Assembly: GCA_964016885.1 (NCBI GenBank)
Contig: OZ024741.1
Coordinates: 149,482,001-149,546,000 of the forward strand
DNA from: Eledone cirrhosa
Taxonomy: Eukaryota
Reading direction: 5' to 3'
DNA length: 64,000 bases
This document shows positions 52,901 through 64,000 of this stretch, piece by piece. The notes under the pieces are model-generated. The model searched no databases. It was not told the DNA's origin and saw only the letters and a program-made list of their open reading frames with translations. The stretch's first letter is position 1. Each line of letters begins with the position of its first letter. A program made the position numbers and the translations under genes.

Positions 52901-55900
52901 ACAGAGGGTGGAGGAGTAGATTATAACAGAGGGTGGAGGAGTAGATTATAACAGAGGGTGGAGGAGTAGATTATAACAGATGGGGAGGAGTAGATTATAA
53001 CAGAGGGTGGAGGAGTAGATTATAACAGAGGGTGGAGGAGTAGATTATAACAGAGGGTGGAGGAGTAGATTATAACAGAGGGTGGAGGAGTAGATTATAA
53101 CAGATGGGGGGAGGAGTAGATTATAACAGAGGGTGGAGGAGTAGATTATAACAGAGGGTGGAGGAGTAGATTATAACAGAGGGTGGAGGAGTAGATTATA
53201 ACAGATGGGGAGGAGTAGATTATAACAGAGGGTGGAGTAGTAGATTATAACAGAGGGGGAGGAGTAGATTATAACAGAGGGTGGAGTAGTAGATTATAAC
53301 AGAGAGGGAGTAGTAGATTATAACAGAGGGTGGAGGAGTAGATTATAACAGAGGGTGGAGGAGTAGATTATAACAGCTGGGGGGAGGAGTAGATTATAAC
53401 AGATGGGGGAGGAGTAGATTATAACAGATGGGGAGGAGTAGATTATAACAGATGGGGGGGAGTAGATTATAACAGAGGGTGGAGGTGTAGATTATAACAG
53501 CTGGGGGGAGGAGTAGATTATAACAGATGGGGAGGAGTAGATTATAACAGATGGTGGGAGGAGTAGATTATAACAGAGGGTGGAGGAGTAGATTATTCAG
53601 AGGGTGGAGGTGTAGATTATAACAGCTGGGGGGAGGAGTAGATTATAACAGATGGGGAGGAGTAGATTATAACAGAGGGTGGGGGAGTAGATTATTCAGA
53701 GGGTGGAGGTGTAGATTATAACAGCTGGGGGGAGGAGTAGATTATAACAGATGGGGAGGAGTAGATTATAACAGATGGTGGAGGAGTAGATTATAACAGA
53801 TGGGGAGGAGTAGATTATAACAGATGGTGGAGTAGTAGATTATAACAGAGGGTGGAGGAGTAGATTATAACAGATGGGGAGGAGTAGATTATAACAGATG
53901 GGGAGGAGTAGATTATAACAGAGGGTGGAGGAGTAGATTATAACAGAGGGTGGAGGAGTAGATTATAACAGATGGGGGGAGGAGTAGATTATAACAGAGG
54001 GTGGAGGAGTAGATTATAACAAAGGGTGGAGGAGTAGATTATAACAGAGGGTGGAGGAGTAGATTATAACAGATGGGGAGGAGTAGGAGGAGTAGATTAT
54101 AACAGAGGGTGGAGTAGTAGATTATAACAGATGGGGGGAGGAGTAGATTATAACAGAGGGTGGAGGAGTAGATTATAACAGAGGGTGGAGGAGTAAATTA
54201 TAACAGATGGGGAGGAGTAGATTATAACAGATGGGGAGGAGTAGATTATAACAGAGGGTGGAGTAGTAGATTATAACAGAGGGTGGAGGAGTAGATTATA
54301 ACAGATGGGGAGGAGTAGATTATAACAGATGGGGAGGAGTAGATTATAACAGAGGGTGGAGGAGTAGATTATAACAGAGGGTGGAGGAGTAGATTATAAC
54401 AGATGGGGGGAGGAGTAGATTATAACAGAGGGTGGAGGAGTAGATTATAACAGAGGGTGGAGGAGTAGATTATAACAGAGGGTGGAGGAGTAGATTATAA
54501 CAGATGGGGAGGAGTAGATTATAACAGATGGGGAGGAGTAGATTATAACAGAGGGTGGAGTAGTAGATTATAACAGAGGGTGGAGGAGTAGATTATAACA
54601 GATGGGGGGAGGAGTAGATTATAACAGAGGGTGGAGGAGTAGATTATAACAGAGGGTGGAGGAGTAGATTATAACAGAGGGTGGAGGAGTAGATTATAAC
54701 AGATGGGGGGAGGAGTAGATTATAACAGAGGGTGGAGGAGTAGATTATAACAGAGGGTGGAGGAGTAGATTATAACAGATGGGGAGGAGTAGATTATAAC
54801 AGAGGGTGGAGTAGTAGATTATAACAGAGGGGGAGGAGTAGATTATAACAGAGGGTGGAGGAGTAAATTATAACAGATGGGGGGAGGAGGAGATTATAAC
54901 AGATGGGGAGGAGTAGATTATAACAGATGGGGAGGAGTAGATTATAACAGAGGGTGGAGTAGTAGATTATAACAGATGGGGGGAGGAGTAGATTATAACA
55001 GAGGGTGGAGGAGTAGATTATAACAGAGGGTGGAGGAGTAGATTATAACAGATGGGGAGGAGTAGATTATAACAGATGGGGAGGAGTAGATTATAACAGA
55101 GGGTGGAGTAGTAGATTATAACAGAGGGGGAGGAGTAGATTATAACAGAGGGTGGAGTAGTAGATTATAACAGATGGAGGAGGAGTAGATTATAACAGAG
55201 GGTGGAGGAGTAGATTATAACAGAGGGTGGAGGAGTAGATTATAACAGAGGGTGGAGGAGTAGATTATAACAGAGGGTGGAGGAGTAGATTATAACAGAG
55301 GGTGGAGTAGTAGATTATAACAGAGGGTGGAGGAGTAGATTATAACAGATGGGGGGAGGAGTAGATTATAACAGAGGGTGGAGGAGTAGATTATAACAGA
55401 GGGTGGAGGAGTAGATTATAACAGAGGGTGGAGGAGTAGATTATAACAGAGGGTGGAGGAGTAGATTATAACAGATGGGGGGAGGAGTAGATTATAACAG
55501 AGGGTGGAGGAGTAGATTATAACAGATGGGGAGGAGTAGATTATAACAGAGGGTGGAGTAGTAGATTATAACAGAGGGTGGAGGAGTAGATTATAACAGA
55601 TGGGGGGAGGAGTAGATTATAACAGAGGGTGGAGGAGTAGATTATAACAGAGGGTGGAGGAGTAGATTATAACAGAGGGTGGAGGAGTAGATTATAACAG
55701 AGGGTGGAGGAGTAGATTATAACAGATGGGGGGAGGAGTAGATTATAACAGAGGGTGGAGGAGTAGATTATAACAGAGGGTGGAGGAGTAGATTATAACA
55801 GAGGGTGGAGGAGTAGATTATAACAGATGGGGAGGAGTAGATTATAACAGAGGGTGGAGTAGTAGATTATAACAGAGGGGGAGGAGTAGATTATAACAGA

Positions 55901-58900
55901 GGGTGGAGGAGTAAATTATAACAGATGGGGGGAGGAGGAGATTATAACAGATGGGGAGGAGTAGATTATAACAGATGGGGAGGAGTAGATTATAACAGAG
56001 GGTGGAGTAGTAGATTATAACAGAGGGGGAGGAGTAGATTATAACAGAGGGTGGAGTAGTAGATTATAACAGATGGGGAGGAGTAGATTATAACAGAGAG
56101 GGAGTAGTAGATTATAACAGAGGGGGAGGAGTAGATTATAACAGAGGGGGGGGAGTAGATTATAACAGAGGGTGGAGTAGTAGATTATAACAGAGAGGGA
56201 GTAGTAGATTATAACAGAGGGTGGAGGAGTATATTATAACAGAGGGTGGAGGAGTAGATTATAACAGCTGGGGGGAGGAGTAGATTATAACAGATGGGGG
56301 AGGAGTAGATTATAACAGATGGGGAGGAGTAGATTATAACAGATGGGGGGGAGTAGATTATAACAGAGGGTGGAGGTGTAGATTATAACAGCTGGGGGGA
56401 GGAGTAGATTATAACAGATGGGGAGGAGTAGATTATAACAGATGGTGGGAGGAGTAGATTATAACAGAGGGTGGAGGAGTAGATTATTCAGAGGGTGGAG
56501 GTGTAGATTATAACAGCTGGGGGGAGGAGTAGATTATAACAGATGGGGAGGAGTAGATTATAACAGATGGTGGGAGGAGTAGATTATAACAGAGGGTGGC
56601 GGAGTAGATTATTCAGAGGGTGGAGGTGTAGATTATAACAGCTGGGGGGATGAGTAGATTATAACAGATGGGGAGGAGTAGATTATAACAGATGGTGGAG
56701 GAGTAGATTATAACAGATGGGGAGGAGTAGATTATAACAGATGGTGGAGTAGTAGATTATAACAGAGGGTGGAGTAGTAGATTATAACAGAGGGTGGAGG
56801 AGTAGATTATAACAGATGGGGAGGAGTAGATTATAACAGATGGGGAGGAGTAGATTATAACAGAGGGTGGAGGAGTAGATTATAACAGAGGGTGGAGGAG
56901 TAGATTATAACAGATGGGGGGAGGAGTAGATTATAACAGAGGGTGGAGGAGTAGATTATAACAGAGGGTGGAGGAGTAGATTATAACAGAGGGTGGAGGA
57001 GTAGATTATAACAGATGGGGAGGAGTAGGAGGAGTAGATTATAACAGAGGGTGGAGTAGTAGATTATAACAGATGGGGGGAGGAGTAGATTATAACAGAG
57101 GGTGGAGGAGTAGATTATAACAGAGGGTGGAGGAGTAAATTATAACAGATGGGGAGGAGTAGATTATAACAGATGGGGAGGAGTAGATTATAACAGAGGG
57201 TGGAGTAGTAGATTATAACAGAGGGTGGAGGAGTAGATTATAACAGATGGGGAGGAGTAGATTATAACAGATGGGGAGGAGTAGATTATAACAGAGGGTG
57301 GAGGAGTAGATTATAACAGAGGGTGGAGGAGTAGATTATAACAGATGGGGGGAGGAGTAGATTATAACAGAGGGTGGAGGAGTAGATCATAACAGATGGG
57401 GAGGAGTAGGAGGAGTAGATTATAACAGAGGGTGGAGTAGTAGATTATAACAGATGGGGGGAGGAGTAGATTATAACAGAGGGTGGAGGAGTAGATTATA
57501 ACAGAGGGTGGAGGAGTAAATTATAACAGATGGGGAGGAGTAGATTATAACAGATGGGGAGGAGTAGATTATAACAGAGGGTGGAGTAGTAGATTATAAC
57601 AGAGGGTGGAGGAGTAGATTATAACAGATGGGGAGGAGTAGATTATAACAGATGGGGAGGAGTAGATTATAACAGAGGGTGGAGGAGTAGATTATAACAG
57701 AGGGTGGAGGAGTAGATTATAACAGATGGGGGGAGGAGTAGATTATAACAGAGGGTGGAGGAGTAGATTATAACAGAGGGTGGAGGAGTAGATTATAACA
57801 GAGGGTGGAGGAGTAGATTATAACAGATGGGGAGGAGTAGATTATAACAGATGGGGAGGAGTAGATTATAACAGAGGGTGGAGTAGTAGATTATAACAGA
57901 GGGTGGAGGAGTAGATTATAACAGATGGGGGAGGAGTAGATTATAACAGATGGGGAGGAGTAGATTATAACAGAGGGTGGAGTAGTAGATTATAACAGAG
58001 GGTGGAGGAGTAGATTATAACAGAGGGTGGAGGAGTAGATTATAACAGAGGGTGGAGGAGTAGATTATAACAGAGGGTGGAGGAGTAGATTATAACAGAG
58101 GGTGGAGGAGTAGATTATAACAGAGGGTGGAGGAGTAGATTATAACAGATGGGGAGGAGTAGATTATAACAGAGGGTGGAGTAGTAGATTATAACAGAGG
58201 GTGGAGGAGTAGATTATAACAGAGGGTGGAGGAGTAGATTATAACAGAGGGTGGAGGAGTAGATTATAACAGAGGGTGGAGGAGTAGATTATAACAGCGG
58301 GTGGAGGAGTAGATTATAACAGATGGGGGGAGGAGTAGATTATAACAGAGGGTGGAGGAGTAGATTATAACAGAGGGTGGAGGAGTAGATTATAACAGAG
58401 GGTGGAGGAGTAGATTATAACAGATGGGGAGGAGTAGATTATAACAGAGGGTGGAGTAGTAGATTATAACAGAGGGGGAGGAGTAGATTATAACAGAGGG
58501 TGGAGTAGTAGATTATAACAGAGAGGGAGTAGTAGATTATAACAGAGGGTGGAGGAGTAGATTATAACAGAGGGTGGAGGAGTAGATTATAACAGCTGGG
58601 GGGAGGAGTAGATTATAACAGATGGGGGAGGAGTAGATTATAACAGATGGGGAGGAGTAGATTATGACAGATGGGGGGGAGTAGATTATAACAGAGGGGG
58701 AGGAGTAGATTATAACAGAGGGTGGAGGAGTAGATTATAACAGAGGGTGGAGGAGTAGATTATAACAGCTGGGGGGAGGAGTAGATTATAACAGATGGGG
58801 AGGAGTAGATTATAACAGATGGTGGGAGGAGTAGATTATAACAGAGGGTGGAGGAGTAGATTATTCAGAGGGTGGAGGTGTAGATTATAACAGCTGGGGG

Positions 58901-61900
58901 GAGGAGTAGATTATAACAGATGGGGAGGAGTAGATTATAACAGAGGGTGGGGGAGTAGATTATTCAGAGGGTGGAGGTGTAGATTATAACAGCTGGGGGG
59001 AGGAGTAGATTATAACAGATGAGGAGGAGTAGATTATAACAGATGGTGGAGGCGTAGATTATAACAGATGGGGAGGAGTAGATTATAACAGATGGTGGAG
59101 TAGTAGATTATAACAGAGGGTGGAGGAGTAGATTATAACAGATGGGGAGGAGTAGATTATAACAGAGGGTGGAGTAGTAGATTATAACAGAGGGTGGAGG
59201 AGTAGATTATAACAGAGGGTGGAGGAGTAGATTATAACAGAGGGTGGAGGAGTAGATTATAACAGAGGGTGGAGGAGTAGATTATAACAGAGGGTGGAGG
59301 AGTAGATTATAACAGAGGGTGGAGGAGTAGATTATAACAGATGGGGGGAGTAGTAGATTATAACAGATGGGGAGTAGATTATAACAGAGGGTGGAGTATA
59401 TTATAACAGAGGGTGGAGGAGTAGATTATAACAGATGGGGAGGAGTAGATTATAACAAAGGGTGGAGGAGTAGATTATAACAGAGGGTGGAGGAGTAGAT
59501 TATAACAGAGGGTGGAGGAGTAGATTATAACAGAGGGTGGAGGAGTAGATTATAACAGATGGGGGGAGGAGTAGATTATAACAGAGGGTGGAGGAGTAGA
59601 TTATAACAGATGGGGAGGAGTAGATTATAACAGAGGGTGGAGTAGTAGATTATAACAGAGGGTGGAGGAGTAGATTATAACAGATGGGGGGAGGAGTAGA
59701 TTATAACAGAGGGTGGAGGAGTAGATTATAACAGAGGGTGGAGGAGTAGATTATAACAGAGGGTGGAGGAGTAGATTATAACAGAGGGTGGAGGAGTAGA
59801 TTATAACAGATGGGGGGAGGAGTAGATTATAACAGAGGGTGGAGGAGTAGATTATAACAGATGGGGAGGAGTAGATTATAACAGAGGGTGGAGTAGTAGA
59901 TTATAACAGAGGGTGGAGGAGTAGATTATAACAGATGGGGGGAGGAGTAGATTATAACAGAGGGTGGAGGAGTAGATTATAACAGAGGGTGGAGGAGTAG
60001 ATTATAACAGAGGGTGGAGGAGTAGATTATAACAGAGGGTGGAGGAGTAGATTATAACAGATGGGGGGAGGAGTAGATTATAACAGAGGGTGGAGGAGTA
60101 GATTATAACAGAGGGTGGAGGAGTAGATTATAACAGAGGGTGGAGGAGTAGATTATAACAGATGGGGAGGAGTAGATTATAACAGAGGGTGGAGTAGTAG
60201 ATTATAACAGAGGGGGAGGAGTAGATTATAACAGAGGGTGGAGGAGTAAATTATAACAGATGGGGGGAGGAGGAGATTATAACAGATGGGGAGGAGTAGA
60301 TTATAACAGATGGGGAGGAGTAGATTATAACAGAGGGTGGAGTAGTAGATTATAACAGAGGGGGAGGAGTAGATTATAACAGATGGTGGGAGGAGTAGAT
60401 TATAACAGAGGGTGGAGGAGTAGATTATTCAGAGGGTGGAGGTGTAGATTATAACAGCTGGGGGGAGGAGTAGATTATAACAGATGGGGAGGAGTAGATT
60501 ATAACAGATGGTGGGAGGAGTAGATTATAACAGAGGGTGGAGGAGTAGATTATTCAGAGGGTGGAGGTGTAGATTATAACAGCTGGGGGGAGGAGTAGAT
60601 TATAACAGATGGGGAGGAGTAGATTATAACAGATGGTGGAGGAGTAGATTATAACAGATGGGGAGGAGTAGATTATAACAGATGGTGGAGTAGTAGATTA
60701 TAACAGAGGGTGGAGTAGTAGATTATAACAGAGGGTGGAGGAGTAGATTATAACAGAGGGTGGAGGAGTAGATTATAACAGATGGGGGGAGGAGTAGATT
60801 ATAACAGAGGGTGGAGGAGTAGATTATAACAGAGGGTGGAGGAGTAGATTATAACAGAGGGTGGAGGAGTAGATTATAACAGATGGGGAGGAGTAGGAGG
60901 AGTAGATTATAACAGAGGGTGGAGTAGTAGATTATAACAGATGGGGGGAGGAGTAGATTATAACAGAGGGTGGAGGAGTAGATTATAAAGGAGGGTGGAG
61001 GAGTAAATTATAACAGATGGGGAGGAGTAGATTATAACAGATGGGGAGGAGTAGATTATAACAGAGGGTGGAGTAGTAGATTATAACAGAGGGTGGAGGA
61101 GTAGATTATAACAGATGGGGAGGAGTAGATTATAACAGATGGGGAGGAGTAGATTATAACAGAGGGTGGAGGAGTAGATTATAACAGAGGGTGGAGGAGT
61201 AGATTATAACAGATGGGGGGAGGAGTAGATTATAACAGAGGGTGGAGGAGTAGATTATAACAGAGGGTGGAGGAGTAGATTATAACAGAGGGTGGAGGAG
61301 TAGATTATAACAGATGGGGAGGAGTAGATTATAACAGATGGGGAGGAGTAGATTATAACAGAGGGTGGAGTAGTAGATTATAACAGAGGGTGGAGGAGTA
61401 GATTATAACAGATGGGGGGAGGAGTAGATTATAACAGAGGGTGGAGTAGTAGATTATAACAGAGGGTGGAGGAGTAGATTATAACAGAGGGTGGAGGAGT
61501 AGATTATAACAGAGGGTGGAGGAGTAGATTATAACAGAGGGTGGAGGAGTAGATTATAACAGAGGGTGGAGGAGTAGATTATAACAGAGGGTGGAGGAGT
61601 AGATTATAACAGAGGGTGGAGGAGTAGATTATAACAGAGGGTGGAGGAGTAGATTATAACAGATGGGGAGGAGTAGATTATAACAGAGGGTGGAGTAGTA
61701 GATTATAACAGAGGGTGGAGGAGTAGATTATAACAGAGGGTGGAGGAGTAGATTATAACAGAGGGTGGAGGAGTAGATTATAACAGAGGGTGGAGGAGTA
61801 GATTATAACAGAGGGTGGAGGAGTAGATTATAACAGATGGGGGGAGGAGTAGATTATAACAGAGGGTGGAGGAGTAGATTATAACAGAGGGTGGAGGAGT

Positions 61901-64000
61901 AGATTATAACAGAGGGTGGAGGAGTAGATTATAACAGATGGGGAGGAGTAGATTATAACAGAGGGTGGAGTAGTAGATTATAACAGAGGGGGAGGAGTAG
62001 ATTATAACAGAGGGTGGAGTAGTAGATTATAACAGAGAGGGAGTAGTAGATTATAACAGAGGGTGGAGGAGTAGATTATAACAGAGGGTGGAGGAGTAGA
62101 TTATAACAGCTGGGGGGAGGAGTAGATTATAACAGATGGGGGAGGAGTAGATTATAACAGATGGGGAGGAGTAGATTATAACAGATGGGGGGGAGTAGAT
62201 TATAACAGAGGGGGAGGAGTAGATTATAACAGAGGGTGGAGGAGTAGATTATAACAGAGGGTGGAGGAGTAGATTATAACAGCTGGGGGGAGGAGTAGAT
62301 TATAACAGATGGGGAGGAGTAGATTATAACAGATGGTGGGAGGAGTAGATTATAACAGAGGGTGGAGGAGTAGATTATTCAGAGGGTGGAGGTGTAGATT
62401 ATAACAGCTGGGGGGAGGAGTAGATTATAACAGATGGGGAGGAGTAGATTATAACAGAGGGTGGGGCAGTAGATTATTCAGAGGGTGGAGGTGTAGATTA
62501 TAACAGCTGGGGGGAGGAGTAGATTATAACAGATGGGGAGGAGTAGATTATAACAGATGGTGGAGGAGTAGATTATAACAGATGGGGAGGAGTAGATTAT
62601 AACAGATGGTGGAGTAGTAGATTATAACAGAGGGTGGAGGAGTAGATTATAACAGATGGGGAGGAGTAGATTATAACAGATGGGGAGGAGTAGATTATAA
62701 CAGAGGGTGGAGGAGTAGATTATAACAGAGGGTGGAGGAGTAGATTATAACAGATGGGGGGAGTAGATTATAACAGATGGGGGGAGGAGTTGATTATAAC
62801 AGATGGTGGAGGAGTAGATTATAACATATGGGGGGAGTAGTAGATTATAACAGATGGAGAGGAGTAGATTATAACAGATGGTGGGAGGAGTAGATTATAA
62901 CAGAGGGTGGAGGAGTAGATTATAACAGAGGGTGGAGGAGTAGATTATAACAGATGGGGGGAGTAGTAGATTATAACAGATGGGGAGTAGATTATAACAG
63001 AGGGTGGAGTATATTATAACAGAGGGTGGAGGAGTAGATTATAACAGCTGGGGGGAGTAGATTATAACAGATGGGGGAGGAGTAGATTATAACAGAGGGA
63101 GTAGATTATAACTGAGGGTGGAGTAGTAGATTATAACAAATGTGGGGAGGAGTAGATTATAACAGATGGGGGGGAGGAGTAGATTATAACAGATGGGGGG
63201 AGGAGTTGATTATAAGAGAGGGTGGAGGAGTAGATTATAACAGATGGGGGAGGAGGAGATTATAACAGAGAGGGAGGAGTAGATTATAACAGAGGATGGA
63301 AGAGTAGATTATAACAGAGGGTGGAGGAGTAGATTATAAGAGAGGGTGGAGGAGTAGTTTATAACAGAGGGTGGTGTAGTAGATTATAACAGAGGGGGAG
63401 GAGTAGATTGTAACAGATGGGGGGAGGAGGAGATTATAACAGATGGGGGGAGGAGTTGATTATAAGAGAAGGTGGAGGAGTAGATTATAACAGATGGGGG
63501 GAGGAGGAGATTATAACAGAGAGGGAGGAGTAGATTATAACAGAGGGTGGTGTAGTAGATTATAACAGAGGGGGAGGAGTAGATTGTAACAGATGGGGGG
63601 AGGAGTAGATTATAACAGATGGGGGGAGTAGTAGATTATAACAGAGGGTGGAGTAGTAGATTATAACAGGGTGGAGGAGTAGATTATAACAGAGAGGGAG
63701 GAGTAGATTATAACAGATGGGGGAGGAGTTGATTATAAGAGAGGGTGGAGGAGTAGATTATAGCAGATGGGGGGAGGAGGAGATTATAACAGAGAGGGAG
63801 GAGTAGATTATAACAGAGGATGGAAGAGTAGATTATAACAGAGGGTGGAGGAGTAGATTATAAGAGAGGGTGGAGGAGTAGATTATAACAGAGGGTGGTG
63901 TAGTAGATTATAACAGAGGGGGAGGAGTAGATTGTAACAGATGGGGGGAGGAGGAGATTATAACAGATGGGGGGAGGAGTTGATTATAAGAGAAGGTGGA
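43925..64000 (+). repeat. Satellite array >20 kb, 24-26-bp monomer GATTATAACAGAGGGTGGAGGAGTA, roughly 800 copies
   Basis: Near-invariant GTAGATTATAACAG core plus a variable G-rich half; continues past the window end. Copy number is length divided by 25. Confidence 0.98.

Noticed and set aside
43925-64000. CRISPR-like array (constant core plus variable part) or telomere
   Set aside because: The variable parts are a few recurring 10-12-bp variants, not unique spacers. There are no cas genes, the context is eukaryotic, and it is not TTAGGG.

Overview
AT-rich, repeat-dense animal genomic DNA, most likely an octopus (inferred from the SINE and RTE LINE families and the microsatellite load). The host gene is a minus-strand galactocerebrosidase (GALC, GH59). 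I read 15 GT-AG coding exons between 43896 and 3399 that join in frame and keep both catalytic glutamates (WNE, SSED); the first exon and the last two were not found in the window. The introns hold: a rearranged Ty3/Gypsy insertion (3733-8626) with inverted LTRs and a 39-bp target duplication; several RTE LINEs with a PHD-type zinc finger inside the RT; a hAT/Buster transposon with TIRs and an 8-bp TSD; a Penelope-like element with inverted, hammerhead-bearing repeats; CR1, R4-like, CRE-like and Chapaev-like remnants; and many SINEs. From about 43.9 kb to the window end lies a >20-kb array of a ~25-bp satellite with nested higher-order structure, abutting the GALC exon-2 acceptor. All coordinates were read by eye and no searches were run; comparisons with human GALC are from memory.
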